From assembly GCA_963555985.3 (NCBI GenBank), contig OY820591.1, positions 128,001-192,000 on the forward strand: a stretch of 64,000 nucleotides of DNA, in the 5' to 3' direction. The stretch is from Dehalococcoidia bacterium (GTDB taxonomy: Bacteria > Chloroflexota > Dehalococcoidia > Bin125). The notes beneath the pieces are model-generated. The model was not told where the DNA came from and searched no databases. It saw nothing but the letters and a program-made list of their open reading frames with translations. The position numbers and the translations under genes were made by a program. This document shows, piece by piece, positions 48,943-57,970 of this stretch; position 1 is the first letter of the stretch; the number at the start of each line of letters is the position of its first letter.

Positions 48943-49634
48943 GGCTGCTCGTTGCGGCAGGCGACGAGTGGGGCGTCGCTCGCCTCGGGGGCTGTGATGG
49001 GAGCGCCCAGACGACCCAGTAGCAGCGCCTTGGCGCGGCCTCGTCTTCGTTGCGAGAGGAGGACGCGCAAATGTCCGTCCATCGCTGTCTGCCACTGTTC
49101 CGAGGGGATTGGACGGAAGACGCTGCGCTTGCGCAGATCGGCGCGGACTTCCGCGACTAATTCTGCCATCGGTGCGGTGTCGGCGCTGAGGTAGTGGGAG
49201 AGTTCCTCACGCAACCGCCGGGCGATCGCGGGACTGCCGCCGCCGGTCGAGATGGCGAGCGTGAGCGGCGGTTCGCGCACGACGGCGGGGAGGATGAAGT
49301 CGCAATAGGCGGGATCGTCGGCGGCGTTGATGGGTACGCCGATCGCGCGGGCGTCCTGTTGGAGTTGGGCGTTGGCGCTGCGGTCTTCTTGGGCGGCCAT
49401 GATGATCGCGCAGCCGTCCATGTCGCCGCATTGGTAGGGGCGGGCGATGTGTCTCAGTGCGCCTCGATCGCGAAGATCGGCGAGTGCGGGGATGAGTTCG
49501 GGCGCGACCACGGTGATTGCCGCCTGAGCCGCCAAGAGCCCGCGCACCTTCTCCAGCGCCAGCGCGCCGCCGCCGATCACCAGCACGGGGCGGTCGGCGA
49601 GATCGAGGAAGATGGGGTAGTAGGGCCGGGTCAC
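48939..49634 (-). CDS. cysG: Precorrin-2 dehydrogenase / sirohydrochlorin ferrochelatase (SirC/CysG-N)
   Basis: YPIFLDL, IGGGALA, NAADDP..CDF..PA, ISTGGGSP. Confidence 0.88.
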   Translation of the reverse strand: MTRPYYPIFLDLADRPVLVIGGGALALEKVRGLLAAQAAITVVAPELIPALADLRDRGALRHIARPYQCGDMDGCAIIMAAQEDRSANAQLQQDARAIGVPINAADDPAYCDFILPAVVREPPLTLAISTGGGSPAIARRLREELSHYLSADTAPMAELVAEVRADLRKRSVFRPIPSEQWQTAMDGHLRVLLSQRRRGRAKALLLGRLGAPITAPEASDAPLVACRNEQP

Positions 49635-49654
49635 GGGAGGGAGTTCAGGGGCGG

Positions 49655-50599
49655 TCAAGCGAGATCGAGTTGGGCGATGGCGATGCCGCGCTCGCCCTGG
49701 ACGGTGTAGAGCAGCCAGGCGCCGGCGTTCTGTTCGAAGACGGCGGGGTCGCGCAGTTCGTGGACGGGTTTGGGCGCGTAGCCGCGCACGCTGGGCGCGA
49801 TCGGCAAGGTCGCGCCCTCCCAGTCGTAGGCCGGGCGGAGCACGTCCTGCGCGGGTCCGGCGCTCCACTCGCGCCAATCGCCGTCAAGCGCGACCGGCGA
49901 GGCGAGGATGCGCTCCGGGGTGTCGCCGACATTGCTCCAGAAGACCCAGAGCGTGTCGCCGCGCCGCAAGAGGGCGCAGTGGCGCATCGTGTCGGGGAAG
50001 AGTTGCGGCCCCTGCTCGAACTCACTCAGGCCGTCCTCGGAGCGGTAGAGGATGCCCGGCATCGACATCCCGTACCAGCCCGGCTGGTCAACGTCGTCGA
50101 GCCGGATCATGCGCAGGTAGCTGGTCGAAAGCACCTCCTCGCGCGCCTCGAAGTGGATCCCGTCGGAGGAGAGCGCGAGACGGGAGACCTGGCGTCCGTC
50201 GGTCAGCTGACCGTGGTAGTAGAGACGAATTTGGCCTGTGTCTTCGTCAACTTGCGCATCGGGCGAAGCGACGTGGGGGTAGACCCAGCCTTTGGCGGCG
50301 AGCTCAGCGAGTTCGGGCGCGAACTGGCCGGGCGTGGTGGGGAAGTGCGACTGTTCGAGCTGAAGCGTGCCCGGTTCGTAGGTGGTCCAGGGGCCGATCA
50401 GTTGATCTGCGTAGGCGAGCCGGATGTAGCGGCCCTTGTGGTCGGCGAAGTAGAGGTAGTACTCGCCCAGCCGTCCGGTTTCGGTGTCGGCCAGCCATGC
50501 GGGTGCGCGGATTAATGAGGGGCCGTTGATGTTGTCGCCCATGCGGGCGTCCATGTCGGGACGGATGATCGGTTCGTCGGCGAGTCGGGTCGCGCGCAT
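49655..50599 (-). CDS. Beta-propeller glycoside-hydrolase-like conserved protein
   Basis: NINGPSLI, YYLYFADHKG, HVASPD, LRDPAVF. Confidence 0.65.
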   Translation of the reverse strand: MRATRLADEPIIRPDMDARMGDNINGPSLIRAPAWLADTETGRLGEYYLYFADHKGRYIRLAYADQLIGPWTTYEPGTLQLEQSHFPTTPGQFAPELAELAAKGWVYPHVASPDAQVDEDTGQIRLYYHGQLTDGRQVSRLALSSDGIHFEAREEVLSTSYLRMIRLDDVDQPGWYGMSMPGILYRSEDGLSEFEQGPQLFPDTMRHCALLRRGDTLWVFWSNVGDTPERILASPVALDGDWREWSAGPAQDVLRPAYDWEGATLPIAPSVRGYAPKPVHELRDPAVFEQNAGAWLLYTVQGERGIAIAQLDLA

Positions 50600-50691
50600 C
50601 TGCTTCGTACACTCTCGCTGCTGCGCGACCACCCGGCCGCCGCTTGGTTCATGGTAGGGCGCAGGCGAACTCACCGGTAAGCTGGAAGGTG

Positions 50692-51306
50692 ATGAACCTG
50701 CAATACGGTCCTCTGCGCGAGATCATCGAGACCGCGATTCTCGGCCTGATCGTGTTCCTGCTCGCACGCGAGGCGGTGCAGAACTTCCAGGTCGAGGGCA
50801 GCTCGATGCAGCCCACGCTGGAGACCTCCGAGCTGGTGCTGGTCAACAAGATCGGCTACTGGGAGATCGACCTCGGCCCCTTCGACGCGCTGATTCCCGG
50901 CCGCAGCAATGGCGACTTCCTCTTCAGCACGCCCCAGCGCGGCAGCGTGATCATCCTGCATCCGCCCTACCGCTCGGAGCACGATTTCGTGAAGCGGATC
51001 ATCGGCTTACCCGGCGACGAGGTTGAGATCAGCGGCGGGCGGGTCTACGTCAACGGGGTCGCGCTGGCCGAGTACGACTACATTTCGCAGCAGCCCAACT
51101 ACCGCTGGGGCCCCGCGATTATCCCGCCGGAGCACTATTTCGTGCTCGGCGACAACCGCAACAGCAGCCAGGACAGCCACGTCTTCGGCCCGATCCACCA
51201 AGACCAGATCGTGGGTGAGGTGATGTTCCGCTGGTTCCCCTTCGACAAGCTCACGAGCGGGATCAGCCGCGATGTGGTCGATGCGGCCGGAATGACGCTG
51301 CCATGA
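50692..51306 (+). CDS. lepB: Signal peptidase I
   Basis: SSMQPTL, FVKRIIGLPGD, GDNRNSSQDS. Confidence 0.95.
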   Translation: MNLQYGPLREIIETAILGLIVFLLAREAVQNFQVEGSSMQPTLETSELVLVNKIGYWEIDLGPFDALIPGRSNGDFLFSTPQRGSVIILHPPYRSEHDFVKRIIGLPGDEVEISGGRVYVNGVALAEYDYISQQPNYRWGPAIIPPEHYFVLGDNRNSSQDSHVFGPIHQDQIVGEVMFRWFPFDKLTSGISRDVVDAAGMTLP

Positions 51307-51866
51307 GCGTTACCGATCCGCTCGAACTGCTGCGCGACGCCGGCGCGGTGCTGGAGGGACATTTCCAGTACGCGAGCGGTCGCCACGGCGATCGCTACAT
51401 CGAGAAGTTCCGCCTGTTGGAGCGTCCCGCCACCACCGCCGATCTCTGCGCTCAGATCGCCGCCGCATTCCGGCAGGCCAACGTCGAAGTCGTGGTCGGG
51501 CCGACCACCGGCGGCATCCTGCTCTCGCACGAGACGGCCAAGAACCTCGGCACGAAGGCGTTCTTCGCCGAGTCGTCGGACGAGGGCGGGCGCTACCTCG
51601 GGCGAGGCTTCACGTTCGCCCCGGGCCAGCGCACGCTGGTCGTCGATGACGTGCTCACGACCGGCGGCTCAATCCGGGACACCATCGCCGCAGTCAGAGC
51701 ATCGGGCGGAGAGCCAATCGGCGTAGGGGTAGTAGTGGATCGAACCAACGGCCAGACGAGCTTCGAGGAGCTGCCCTTCTTCGCCTGTCTCACGATCGAG
51801 GTGGCGAGTTGGGATGCGAGCGAGTGTCCACTCTGTCGTGAGGGTGTGGAGTTGGTGGTGACCTAG
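51303..51866 (+). CDS. pyrE: Orotate phosphoribosyltransferase
   Basis: GHF..SGRH, VVDDVLTTGGS. Confidence 0.9.
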   Translation: MSVTDPLELLRDAGAVLEGHFQYASGRHGDRYIEKFRLLERPATTADLCAQIAAAFRQANVEVVVGPTTGGILLSHETAKNLGTKAFFAESSDEGGRYLGRGFTFAPGQRTLVVDDVLTTGGSIRDTIAAVRASGGEPIGVGVVVDRTNGQTSFEELPFFACLTIEVASWDASECPLCREGVELVVT

Positions 51867-51895
51867 CGTGGTGCGCGGATCTGTTCAGCGCGCTG

Positions 51896-52417
51896 CTATA
51901 CCGTTTCTGAATCCTCGACTGGTATTTCTTGGATCAATTCGACAATGCGCAGAGGCGGAGAGATTGTCAGCGTGAAGTCGTTGAGGATGTCCCTGCCCAA
52001 CAGGGAAGGCATGTACTGATTCACGATTGTTCCCCGTTCGTCCTTAAGCTCCAAAGCGATCCACAGGCTCTGATTCACAACAACAGGCGGACTCGTCTCC
52101 GTACGAAACACCAAGAGCAGTTCACGTTCAACCACCTCGCCTCCGGCCCCGACGCCACCGACCGGAATCCGGCCCTCGGATTGGCGGTTCAGCGCATGGT
52201 ATTGACGCTCTCCAAGAATAGTGACAGCGTCTCGCGGAGAGATCATTGTGCGATCAGCCCCGGTATCGATCAGAAACTCAATGTCGACAAATCGTTGATC
52301 GTGAAAGGCCGTGACGGGGAGGTATGGAGCTGGAGGTTGGCTGGCGTGAGTTTGTCGGAAGTGACCCAAGAGCCGTGGCTTTAGAGGATCCACAGGCCCT
52401 CCCGTTGCCATCGGCAT
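51896..52417 (-). CDS. Retropepsin-like aspartic protease
   Basis: FLIDTGAD and SLLGRDIL; start uncertain. Confidence 0.8.
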   Translation of the reverse strand: MPMATGGPVDPLKPRLLGHFRQTHASQPPAPYLPVTAFHDQRFVDIEFLIDTGADRTMISPRDAVTILGERQYHALNRQSEGRIPVGGVGAGGEVVERELLLVFRTETSPPVVVNQSLWIALELKDERGTIVNQYMPSLLGRDILNDFTLTISPPLRIVELIQEIPVEDSETV

Positions 52418-52671
52418 AACGACCCGTCACGAGTGACTGGATCTAGGCTCTCTCGTCGTCTGATCAGATCGGAGAATTCTGCGAACGCCTCAACCTCTGT
52501 TCCGCTGTGGATCAACACAGTCTTCGCAGGGTGCCGGTCCCAGATATCGCGTTCGTTCGCCAGGAAAAACTCGTTGTTCCGCTGAATTTCTTTGATCACA
52601 ACGTCCAGGTACTCAGGATCAATCTCGAATTCCGCTAAGGCCTCGGCAGGCAGTCTTTGTGCCGTCGTCAT
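52381..52671 (-). CDS. Small DUF5678-like protein
   Basis: N.EFF..N...IW..HP.K.VLI..G pattern; GGAG RBS; overlaps protease gene. Confidence 0.55.
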   Translation of the reverse strand: MTTAQRLPAEALAEFEIDPEYLDVVIKEIQRNNEFFLANERDIWDRHPAKTVLIHSGTEVEAFAEFSDLIRRRESLDPVTRDGSLCRWQREGLWIL

Positions 52672-52773
52672 CGGATTGCCTCTCCGCAGCGCGTTCCGTG
52701 AGCGCATTCTAGTCATCTTCGAGAGTAAGCCGGCGGATGAACTTGAGAGGCCCACGCAGGACGCTTTTCAGGA

Positions 52774-53673
52774 TCAGTATCCCGCGTGGACGAAGACGCC
52801 CGGTGCGATCCCGGCGAGGTTCGCCGCCAGCGTCAGCAGCAGCACGTAGACGCTGAAGCCGATCCCGACCGAGATCACCGCCCCGCGCTCGTCGAGTTCG
52901 GGCGACGCTGCCCGCACCGCCACGACCGAGAGCAGGAACCAGGCCATCAACCCCAGGAGGCCGACCGCAAACGAGATGCCGGGCACCAGGAGCACGAGCT
53001 GCCAGACCCCGAACCCGGCCGCCAGCGCCAGCGGACGCGCCAGCCGCTGCAATTCCACCCGCACATCGAACAGCCGCTGCATCGTCCACCAGGTCGCGGC
53101 GGCGAAGGCCGCCCAAGCCGCAACCGAGCAGACCAGACCCAGACCGACCACGCGCGCGGCGGCGTAGCCGGCGCTCACCTCTCCGCTGTTGAAGACCAAC
53201 CAGAGCCACGCGCCCAAGGCTCCGGCCAACGCCGCCAGCGCCATCACGGCCAGAGTGGGCGCGCCGTCCGTCTCGTTCTCAGCCGTTTCGCGCAGCGTGC
53301 GCAGATCGCCGGCCAGCAGACGGCGGTGCAGACTGAACGCCCGTCCCCAGTCGAACGATCCCGCGAGTCTGCGCAGACCGGCGCCGACTGCGGAAGTTCG
53401 ACGCTGACTCAGCCGGGGAGTCGGCGGGGGCGGAGCAGGGGCGCGTCGCAGCGTCGGCGTGGCTGCAACCCGGCTCGGTTCGACCGGCAGCGGCGCCTGC
53501 GCCGGGGGCGCGCTGGGCATGGCGGCGGCGTGCGTCTGTCCGGAGCGCGAGTGCGCGAACTCCGGCAACGGCGAGTCGAAGGCCGGCGGCGGGGACGGAT
53601 CAGGCAAGCGAAAGTCGAAGGCCGGGTGCGCGGCAGGATCGGACGAGCTCGGGCTCGGCGTAGTCTGTGCCAT
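52774..53673 (-). CDS. Membrane protein (Yip1-like, Pro-rich N-terminus)
   Basis: About five hydrophobic segments in the C-terminal half. Confidence 0.6.
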   Translation of the reverse strand: MAQTTPSPSSSDPAAHPAFDFRLPDPSPPPAFDSPLPEFAHSRSGQTHAAAMPSAPPAQAPLPVEPSRVAATPTLRRAPAPPPPTPRLSQRRTSAVGAGLRRLAGSFDWGRAFSLHRRLLAGDLRTLRETAENETDGAPTLAVMALAALAGALGAWLWLVFNSGEVSAGYAAARVVGLGLVCSVAAWAAFAAATWWTMQRLFDVRVELQRLARPLALAAGFGVWQLVLLVPGISFAVGLLGLMAWFLLSVVAVRAASPELDERGAVISVGIGFSVYVLLLTLAANLAGIAPGVFVHAGY

Positions 53674-53751
53674 GTCGATTCACCAAGTGCGGCAAGCGCC
53701 CGCAGCCAATGTCACCGTACGGCGCGGCGAACGCGGGCGGCAACAGCGCGT

Positions 53752-54450
53752 ATGTCAAATCAGAGTGAGCGATCACGGGCGTCACAAACGGCGCTGGCCA
53801 GGCTCGACGCCGAAGTCGCGGTCTGCCGCCGCTGTCCGCGTCTGGTCGCATGGCGCGAGCGCATCGCCGCCGAGAAGCGGGCCGCCTACCGCGATCAGGA
53901 CTACTGGGGCCGCGCAGTGCCCAGCTTCGGTGCAGCCGGCGCTCGCGTGTTGATCGTGGGTCTCGCGCCGGCCGCGCACGGAGCCAACCGCACCGGGCGG
54001 ATGTTCACCGGCGATCGCTCGGGCGACTGGCTCTACCGCGCGCTCTGGCGGGCGGGTCTGGCGAATCAGGCGCAGTCGCGCTCGCGCGACGACGGCCTGG
54101 AGTTGATCGGAGCGCGGGTGACCGCGGTCGTCCACTGCGCGCCGCCTGAGAATCGGCCATCAACTGAGGAACGCGACCACTGCCTGCCCTATCTGCGGCG
54201 GGAACTGGGGGCGCTCACGGAGTTGCGCGTGATCCTCTGCCTCGGCGGCTACGCCTGGGAGAACGTGAGCCGAGAACTCGGTCTGCGTCCCCGCCCCAAG
54301 TTCGGCCACGGAGCCGAGGCGCAAGCGGGAGCGCTGACGCTGCTCGGTTCCTACCATCCCAGTCAGCAGAACACGTTCACCGGCCGCCTGACCGAGGAGA
54401 TGTTGGAGTCGGTCTGCCGGCGCGCCCACGCCCTGGCCTGGGGCGCGTGA
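53752..54450 (+). CDS. udgB: Uracil-DNA glycosylase family 5
   Basis: CRRCPRL, GLAPAAHGANRTGRMFTGD, YHPSQQNT. Confidence 0.9.
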   Translation: MSNQSERSRASQTALARLDAEVAVCRRCPRLVAWRERIAAEKRAAYRDQDYWGRAVPSFGAAGARVLIVGLAPAAHGANRTGRMFTGDRSGDWLYRALWRAGLANQAQSRSRDDGLELIGARVTAVVHCAPPENRPSTEERDHCLPYLRRELGALTELRVILCLGGYAWENVSRELGLRPRPKFGHGAEAQAGALTLLGSYHPSQQNTFTGRLTEEMLESVCRRAHALAWGA

Positions 54451-54467
54451 GCTCCGCTCAACCAACT

Positions 54468-54502
54468 CCGTCATTGCCGCGACGGAGCGCGGGTATGACG
54501 GA
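54468..54502. repeat. GTCAT palindrome between convergent genes
   Basis: CCGTCATTGCCGCGACGGAGCGCGGGTATGACGGA. Confidence 0.75.
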
Positions 54503-54567
54503 GTTGGACAGAGGGCTCCCTATGCAGAGACAAGCTCCGCGCCGGAGGGAGGCTTGATCTGGCTCGC

Positions 54568-55269
54568 TCAGTGCGGGCGGCGGATGATCGAGACGACGCG
54601 GCCCTGGACCTCGACATTGTCGGCGTGGGTGTAGATCGCGTCCATGGTCGGGTTCTCCGGCTGGAGCCGAATCTCGTCCTGCTCGCGGAAGAGCCGCTTG
54701 AGCGTGCAGAGATTCTCTTCGCGCAGCCAGACTGCGGCCATCTGGCCGTCTTCAACGGTGCTGGTTCGTTCCAGAATGACGGTGTCGTCATTGGCGATCA
54801 GCGCGTCAATCATGGAGTCGCCGCGCACAGTGAGCGCGAAGATGTTCTCCTGCTCGCGTCCGCCCAGCATGTCGAGTGTGACCCCGATGTGCTCCTCGGC
54901 GTGGTCGGCGTCGGCGCTGTCCGGGTCGAACACGCGCGTACCGGCGGCGATCCGGCCAAGTACCGGCACCATCTGCAAAGGCGACTCCGCGCTCACGCGG
55001 GCCGGAACGACCGGCTCGACCAGGGAGATCGTGCGGGCGCGCTCGCGGTCGCGGCGGATGTGCCCCTCGCGCTCGAGGATCTTGAGGTTGTAGTCGGCCA
55101 CGGAGGTCGAGGAGAGGCCGCAGCCCTCCACGATGTCGCGCACCGAGGGCGGGTAGTTGTGCTCCGTGAAGTACTGGCGCAGATAGGCGAGGATACGCTG
55201 CGGCTTGTCGGAGCGCGGCCCGCGCTTGCGGCGAACTGGCGGCGTGGTTTCGGACTCGGAGGTCGGCAT
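54568..55269 (-). CDS. lexA: SOS repressor LexA
   Basis: YPPSVRDI..GLSSTS, GRIAAG cleavage site, GDSM, TLKR. Confidence 0.95.
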   Translation of the reverse strand: MPTSESETTPPVRRKRGPRSDKPQRILAYLRQYFTEHNYPPSVRDIVEGCGLSSTSVADYNLKILEREGHIRRDRERARTISLVEPVVPARVSAESPLQMVPVLGRIAAGTRVFDPDSADADHAEEHIGVTLDMLGGREQENIFALTVRGDSMIDALIANDDTVILERTSTVEDGQMAAVWLREENLCTLKRLFREQDEIRLQPENPTMDAIYTHADNVEVQGRVVSIIRRPH

Positions 55270-55346
55270 GGTCTTTGTCCTTCCTTGGACAGCGGGCGGA
55301 TGCGCCCGAATGATTGCGCGAAACCGATATTCAGCGCTTGTGTGCG

Positions 55347-55403
55347 ATGGTGGACGATAGAACGTTATTTGTCAAGACCGCAACGTATTCTAGAACACGT
55401 TGC
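55347..55403 (-). promoter_or_regulatory. lexA promoter with putative LexA operators
   Basis: Minus strand TTGACA-17-CACCAT; GAACgttaTTTG in the spacer; 24-bp near-palindrome 55380-55403. Confidence 0.55.
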
Positions 55404-55541
55404 ATCGGCAATGCGGTCAACAGGACGGCTCTCCTCTGTTGCCCGCGCAGCGTTTCGCTGCTTGAAGAGCGTCCTGCCCCCTGCACTGAGAGCGCTTGAG
55501 CCGCCAGAATATGCATATCAGTGCATAGTGAGGACACCAGT

Positions 55542-56294
55542 ATGACTCAACCCCCGGACACCGAAAACAAGGTCGGCCTTGTGGTGGCCGCGCACCCCGA
55601 CGATCCCGATTTCGGCGCCGGCGGCACGGCCGCGCTCTGGAGCTCGCTCGGTTGGCAGATGCACTATCTCGTCGTCACCAACGGCGCGAAGGGCACCTCC
55701 GATCCGGAGATGAGCTCGGAACGACTGGTGCCGATGCGCGAAGAGGAGCAGCGCAACGCCGCCGCCGAGCTGGGCGTGCTCACCTGCACCTTCCTCGGCG
55801 CGGAGGACGGCGAACTCGAGTACACGCGCGAATATCTCGGCGGAATCGTGGAAGCGATCCGCCGGATCAAGCCGCATGCGGTCTTCACCCACTCGACCGA
55901 CATCATCCACCGTCGCGCGCTGGAGTCCGACCCCTCCGATCCGCTCTCCGAATACCGCGGCTTCATCAATCACCGTGATCACCGCTGCACCGGCGAAATG
56001 ACGATCGACGCGGTCTACCCCACGGCGCGGGATCGGCTGAACTTCCCCGAACATCTCGAGGCCGGTCTCGAATGTCATAAGGTGGCCGAGCTCTTCATCT
56101 GGGGCAGCCAGGACTCGAACTACGACGTGGATGTGACGGACATGCTCCGCACCAAGATCCGCGCGCTCTCGCGCCACGTCTCGCAATTCGGCGATCGCGG
56201 CGAAGACTTCATCGAGAACGTCGAAAAGCGCTGGGCCAGTCCCGACGGCCGCTTCTACGAGCGCTTCGAGCGGGTTTCGCTGCCGGTCTTCTAG
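55542..56294 (+). CDS. PIG-L family deacetylase
   Basis: AHPDD, TNG.KG, R..E..AA, HRDH, H.SQ. Confidence 0.9.
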   Translation: MTQPPDTENKVGLVVAAHPDDPDFGAGGTAALWSSLGWQMHYLVVTNGAKGTSDPEMSSERLVPMREEEQRNAAAELGVLTCTFLGAEDGELEYTREYLGGIVEAIRRIKPHAVFTHSTDIIHRRALESDPSDPLSEYRGFINHRDHRCTGEMTIDAVYPTARDRLNFPEHLEAGLECHKVAELFIWGSQDSNYDVDVTDMLRTKIRALSRHVSQFGDRGEDFIENVEKRWASPDGRFYERFERVSLPVF

Positions 56295-56320
56295 CCCCGC
56301 CCAAGCAAGGGAGCGCGCCG

Positions 56321-56830
56321 ATGCCGCCCCCGCCGCTCTACTGTCCCCAATGCCGCGCGACGCTGGCGCTGGACCAAGACGGCCGCCGCGCCTGCCCGCA
56401 GTGCGAGTTCGTCCACTATCTCGATCCCAAAGTCGCGGCGGTCGTCCTGGTCGGCGACGGCGACGGCTCGCTGCTCTACATCAAGCGCAACCACGAGCCG
56501 GCCATGCACCAATGGTGCTGGCCCTCAGGCTTCGTCGACGCCGGCGAGACCGTCGAAGCCGCCGCCGCCCGCGAGGTCCGGGAAGAGACCGGATTGCACG
56601 TGGCGCTGAGCGCGCTGCTGGGCGTCTGGTCGGCGGAAGGCGATCCGGTCGTAGTGATCGCCTATGCAGCCTCACCGAGCGGAGGCGAACTCGCCCCCGG
56701 CCCGGAGGCGACGGACGCGCGCTGGTTCCCGCTCGAGGCATTGCCGCCGCCCGCATTCCCGCACGACGAGGCGATTCTTGAGGCGTGGCGTCAGGATCGA
56801 ACCGATCAGAGCAGCGCTATCCGGCTCTGA
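56321..56830 (+). CDS. NUDIX hydrolase with N-terminal Zn ribbon
   Basis: CPQC..CPQC; GFVDAGETVEAAAAREVREETG. Confidence 0.92.
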   Translation: MPPPPLYCPQCRATLALDQDGRRACPQCEFVHYLDPKVAAVVLVGDGDGSLLYIKRNHEPAMHQWCWPSGFVDAGETVEAAAAREVREETGLHVALSALLGVWSAEGDPVVVIAYAASPSGGELAPGPEATDARWFPLEALPPPAFPHDEAILEAWRQDRTDQSSAIRL

Positions 56831-56888
56831 CGTTGCAGTGGGTGCGGGTATGACAGTTGCGCGGGGGAGAGAGATGGCGAGCCGGACG

Positions 56889-57314
56889 CTACTCCTCCGA
56901 CCACAACGGCAACCGCGCCCGGCAATGATCACAGATCAACTGCGCTTCGGTCGTCAGCTCGCCCCCGCGCGGGATCGTCAGGATCACCTGCTTCATGTGC
57001 TCGGCGCAGTAGCGGCAGACGCAACGATCACAGCGCGTCGCTGGGGACTCGGGACAGCCGTCCTCACCGCAGGTTCCGGCGGCGTTTCGCGCTCGCGCCT
57101 CGGCCTTGAAGACGAGGTGCCGCTCAACGTCGACGCGGAGCAACTCACAGCGCTTCTGAACGCAGATCTCCTGGCCGTCGTCGTAGACCTTGCCGTGCCT
57201 GGCGCAGAAACCCCGCGCGCAGTACTGACACTGACCCAAGAGTGTCCGGCGGCAACGCAGCAAGCGCCCGCCGTGTTCACAGCGGGTCGCCTTGCGGTAT
57301 TCGCGCAACTCCAC
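56889..57314 (-). CDS. Cys-rich putative zinc-finger protein
   Basis: Repeated CxxCxxxF/YCxxH units. Confidence 0.65.
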   Translation of the reverse strand: MELREYRKATRCEHGGRLLRCRRTLLGQCQYCARGFCARHGKVYDDGQEICVQKRCELLRVDVERHLVFKAEARARNAAGTCGEDGCPESPATRCDRCVCRYCAEHMKQVILTIPRGGELTTEAQLICDHCRARLPLWSEE

Positions 57315-57406
57315 GGAGCACTCTCCCGGCGAACGCGATCTTCGCCACGGGTCAGGCTATCCGCCGAGCAGCGTCGGCGTTGTGGAGCGTGGAGGGAACG
57401 GGAGGA

Positions 57407-57616
57407 TTAGAGGCGGAGCTTGCCGTGCGAAGGCTGGCGGCGGCGCTGGCGGCCCTCTTCGACAGCCTGTTCACGCTCAAGTTCGAAGACGGAGATGATG
57501 TTGCTCTCATAGACGTAGCCGCAGGCGAGGCAGCTGCTGTAGACGCTGTGCGCGTCCGACTCGGTCAACATCACTCCGCTGCAGCGAGGGCACTTGGATG
57601 GAGGCGTGACGGGCAT
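57407..57616 (-). CDS. Small zinc-ribbon protein
   Basis: CPRCSG...CLACGY; basic tail. Confidence 0.7.
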   Translation of the reverse strand: MPVTPPSKCPRCSGVMLTESDAHSVYSSCLACGYVYESNIISVFELEREQAVEEGRQRRRQPSHGKLRL

Positions 57617-57693
57617 CTGTGGAACTCTCTTCCGGTCGCCTGCCGCGCGGCGGGGAGCGGCGCGGACTCAGATTGTTCGGCTGCGCGAATCAT

Positions 57694-57857
57694 TTGTGAA
57701 ATTCCGCACAGCGATTGTGAAACCGCGCACATTGTGGGCAGCGCAACTCGAGTTGTCAAGGGTTGCAAACGGAATTCGCGCAATTTCCGCCCAACTCGCA
57801 CGTGTTACGCGCATGTAAACGGGCGGTTCGGGACTCCGTTTGTGAAATGCGACACAC
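57694..57857 (-). promoter_or_regulatory. Sigma70 promoter with three Rex/CRP-like sites
   Basis: TTGTGAA-N6-CACA at 57694, 57715, 57840; minus strand TTGACA (57759-57754)-17-CACAAT. Confidence 0.65.
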
Positions 57858-57970
57858 TTCCGCCCGCTGAACCGGCGGAATCGACTCTGCATCCGCCTAG
57901 CGGTTTCACTCTAGGCACTCTCGCAAACGGCTGCCGTACATCCGCGCCTTGCCGATATGCTCAGGTTCTG

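Noticed and set aside
57620-57970. Cobalamin riboswitch before the cbiB-like gene
   Set aside because: No B12-box (GCCACTG/GGGAAG) elements seen; better explained by promoter and operator sites
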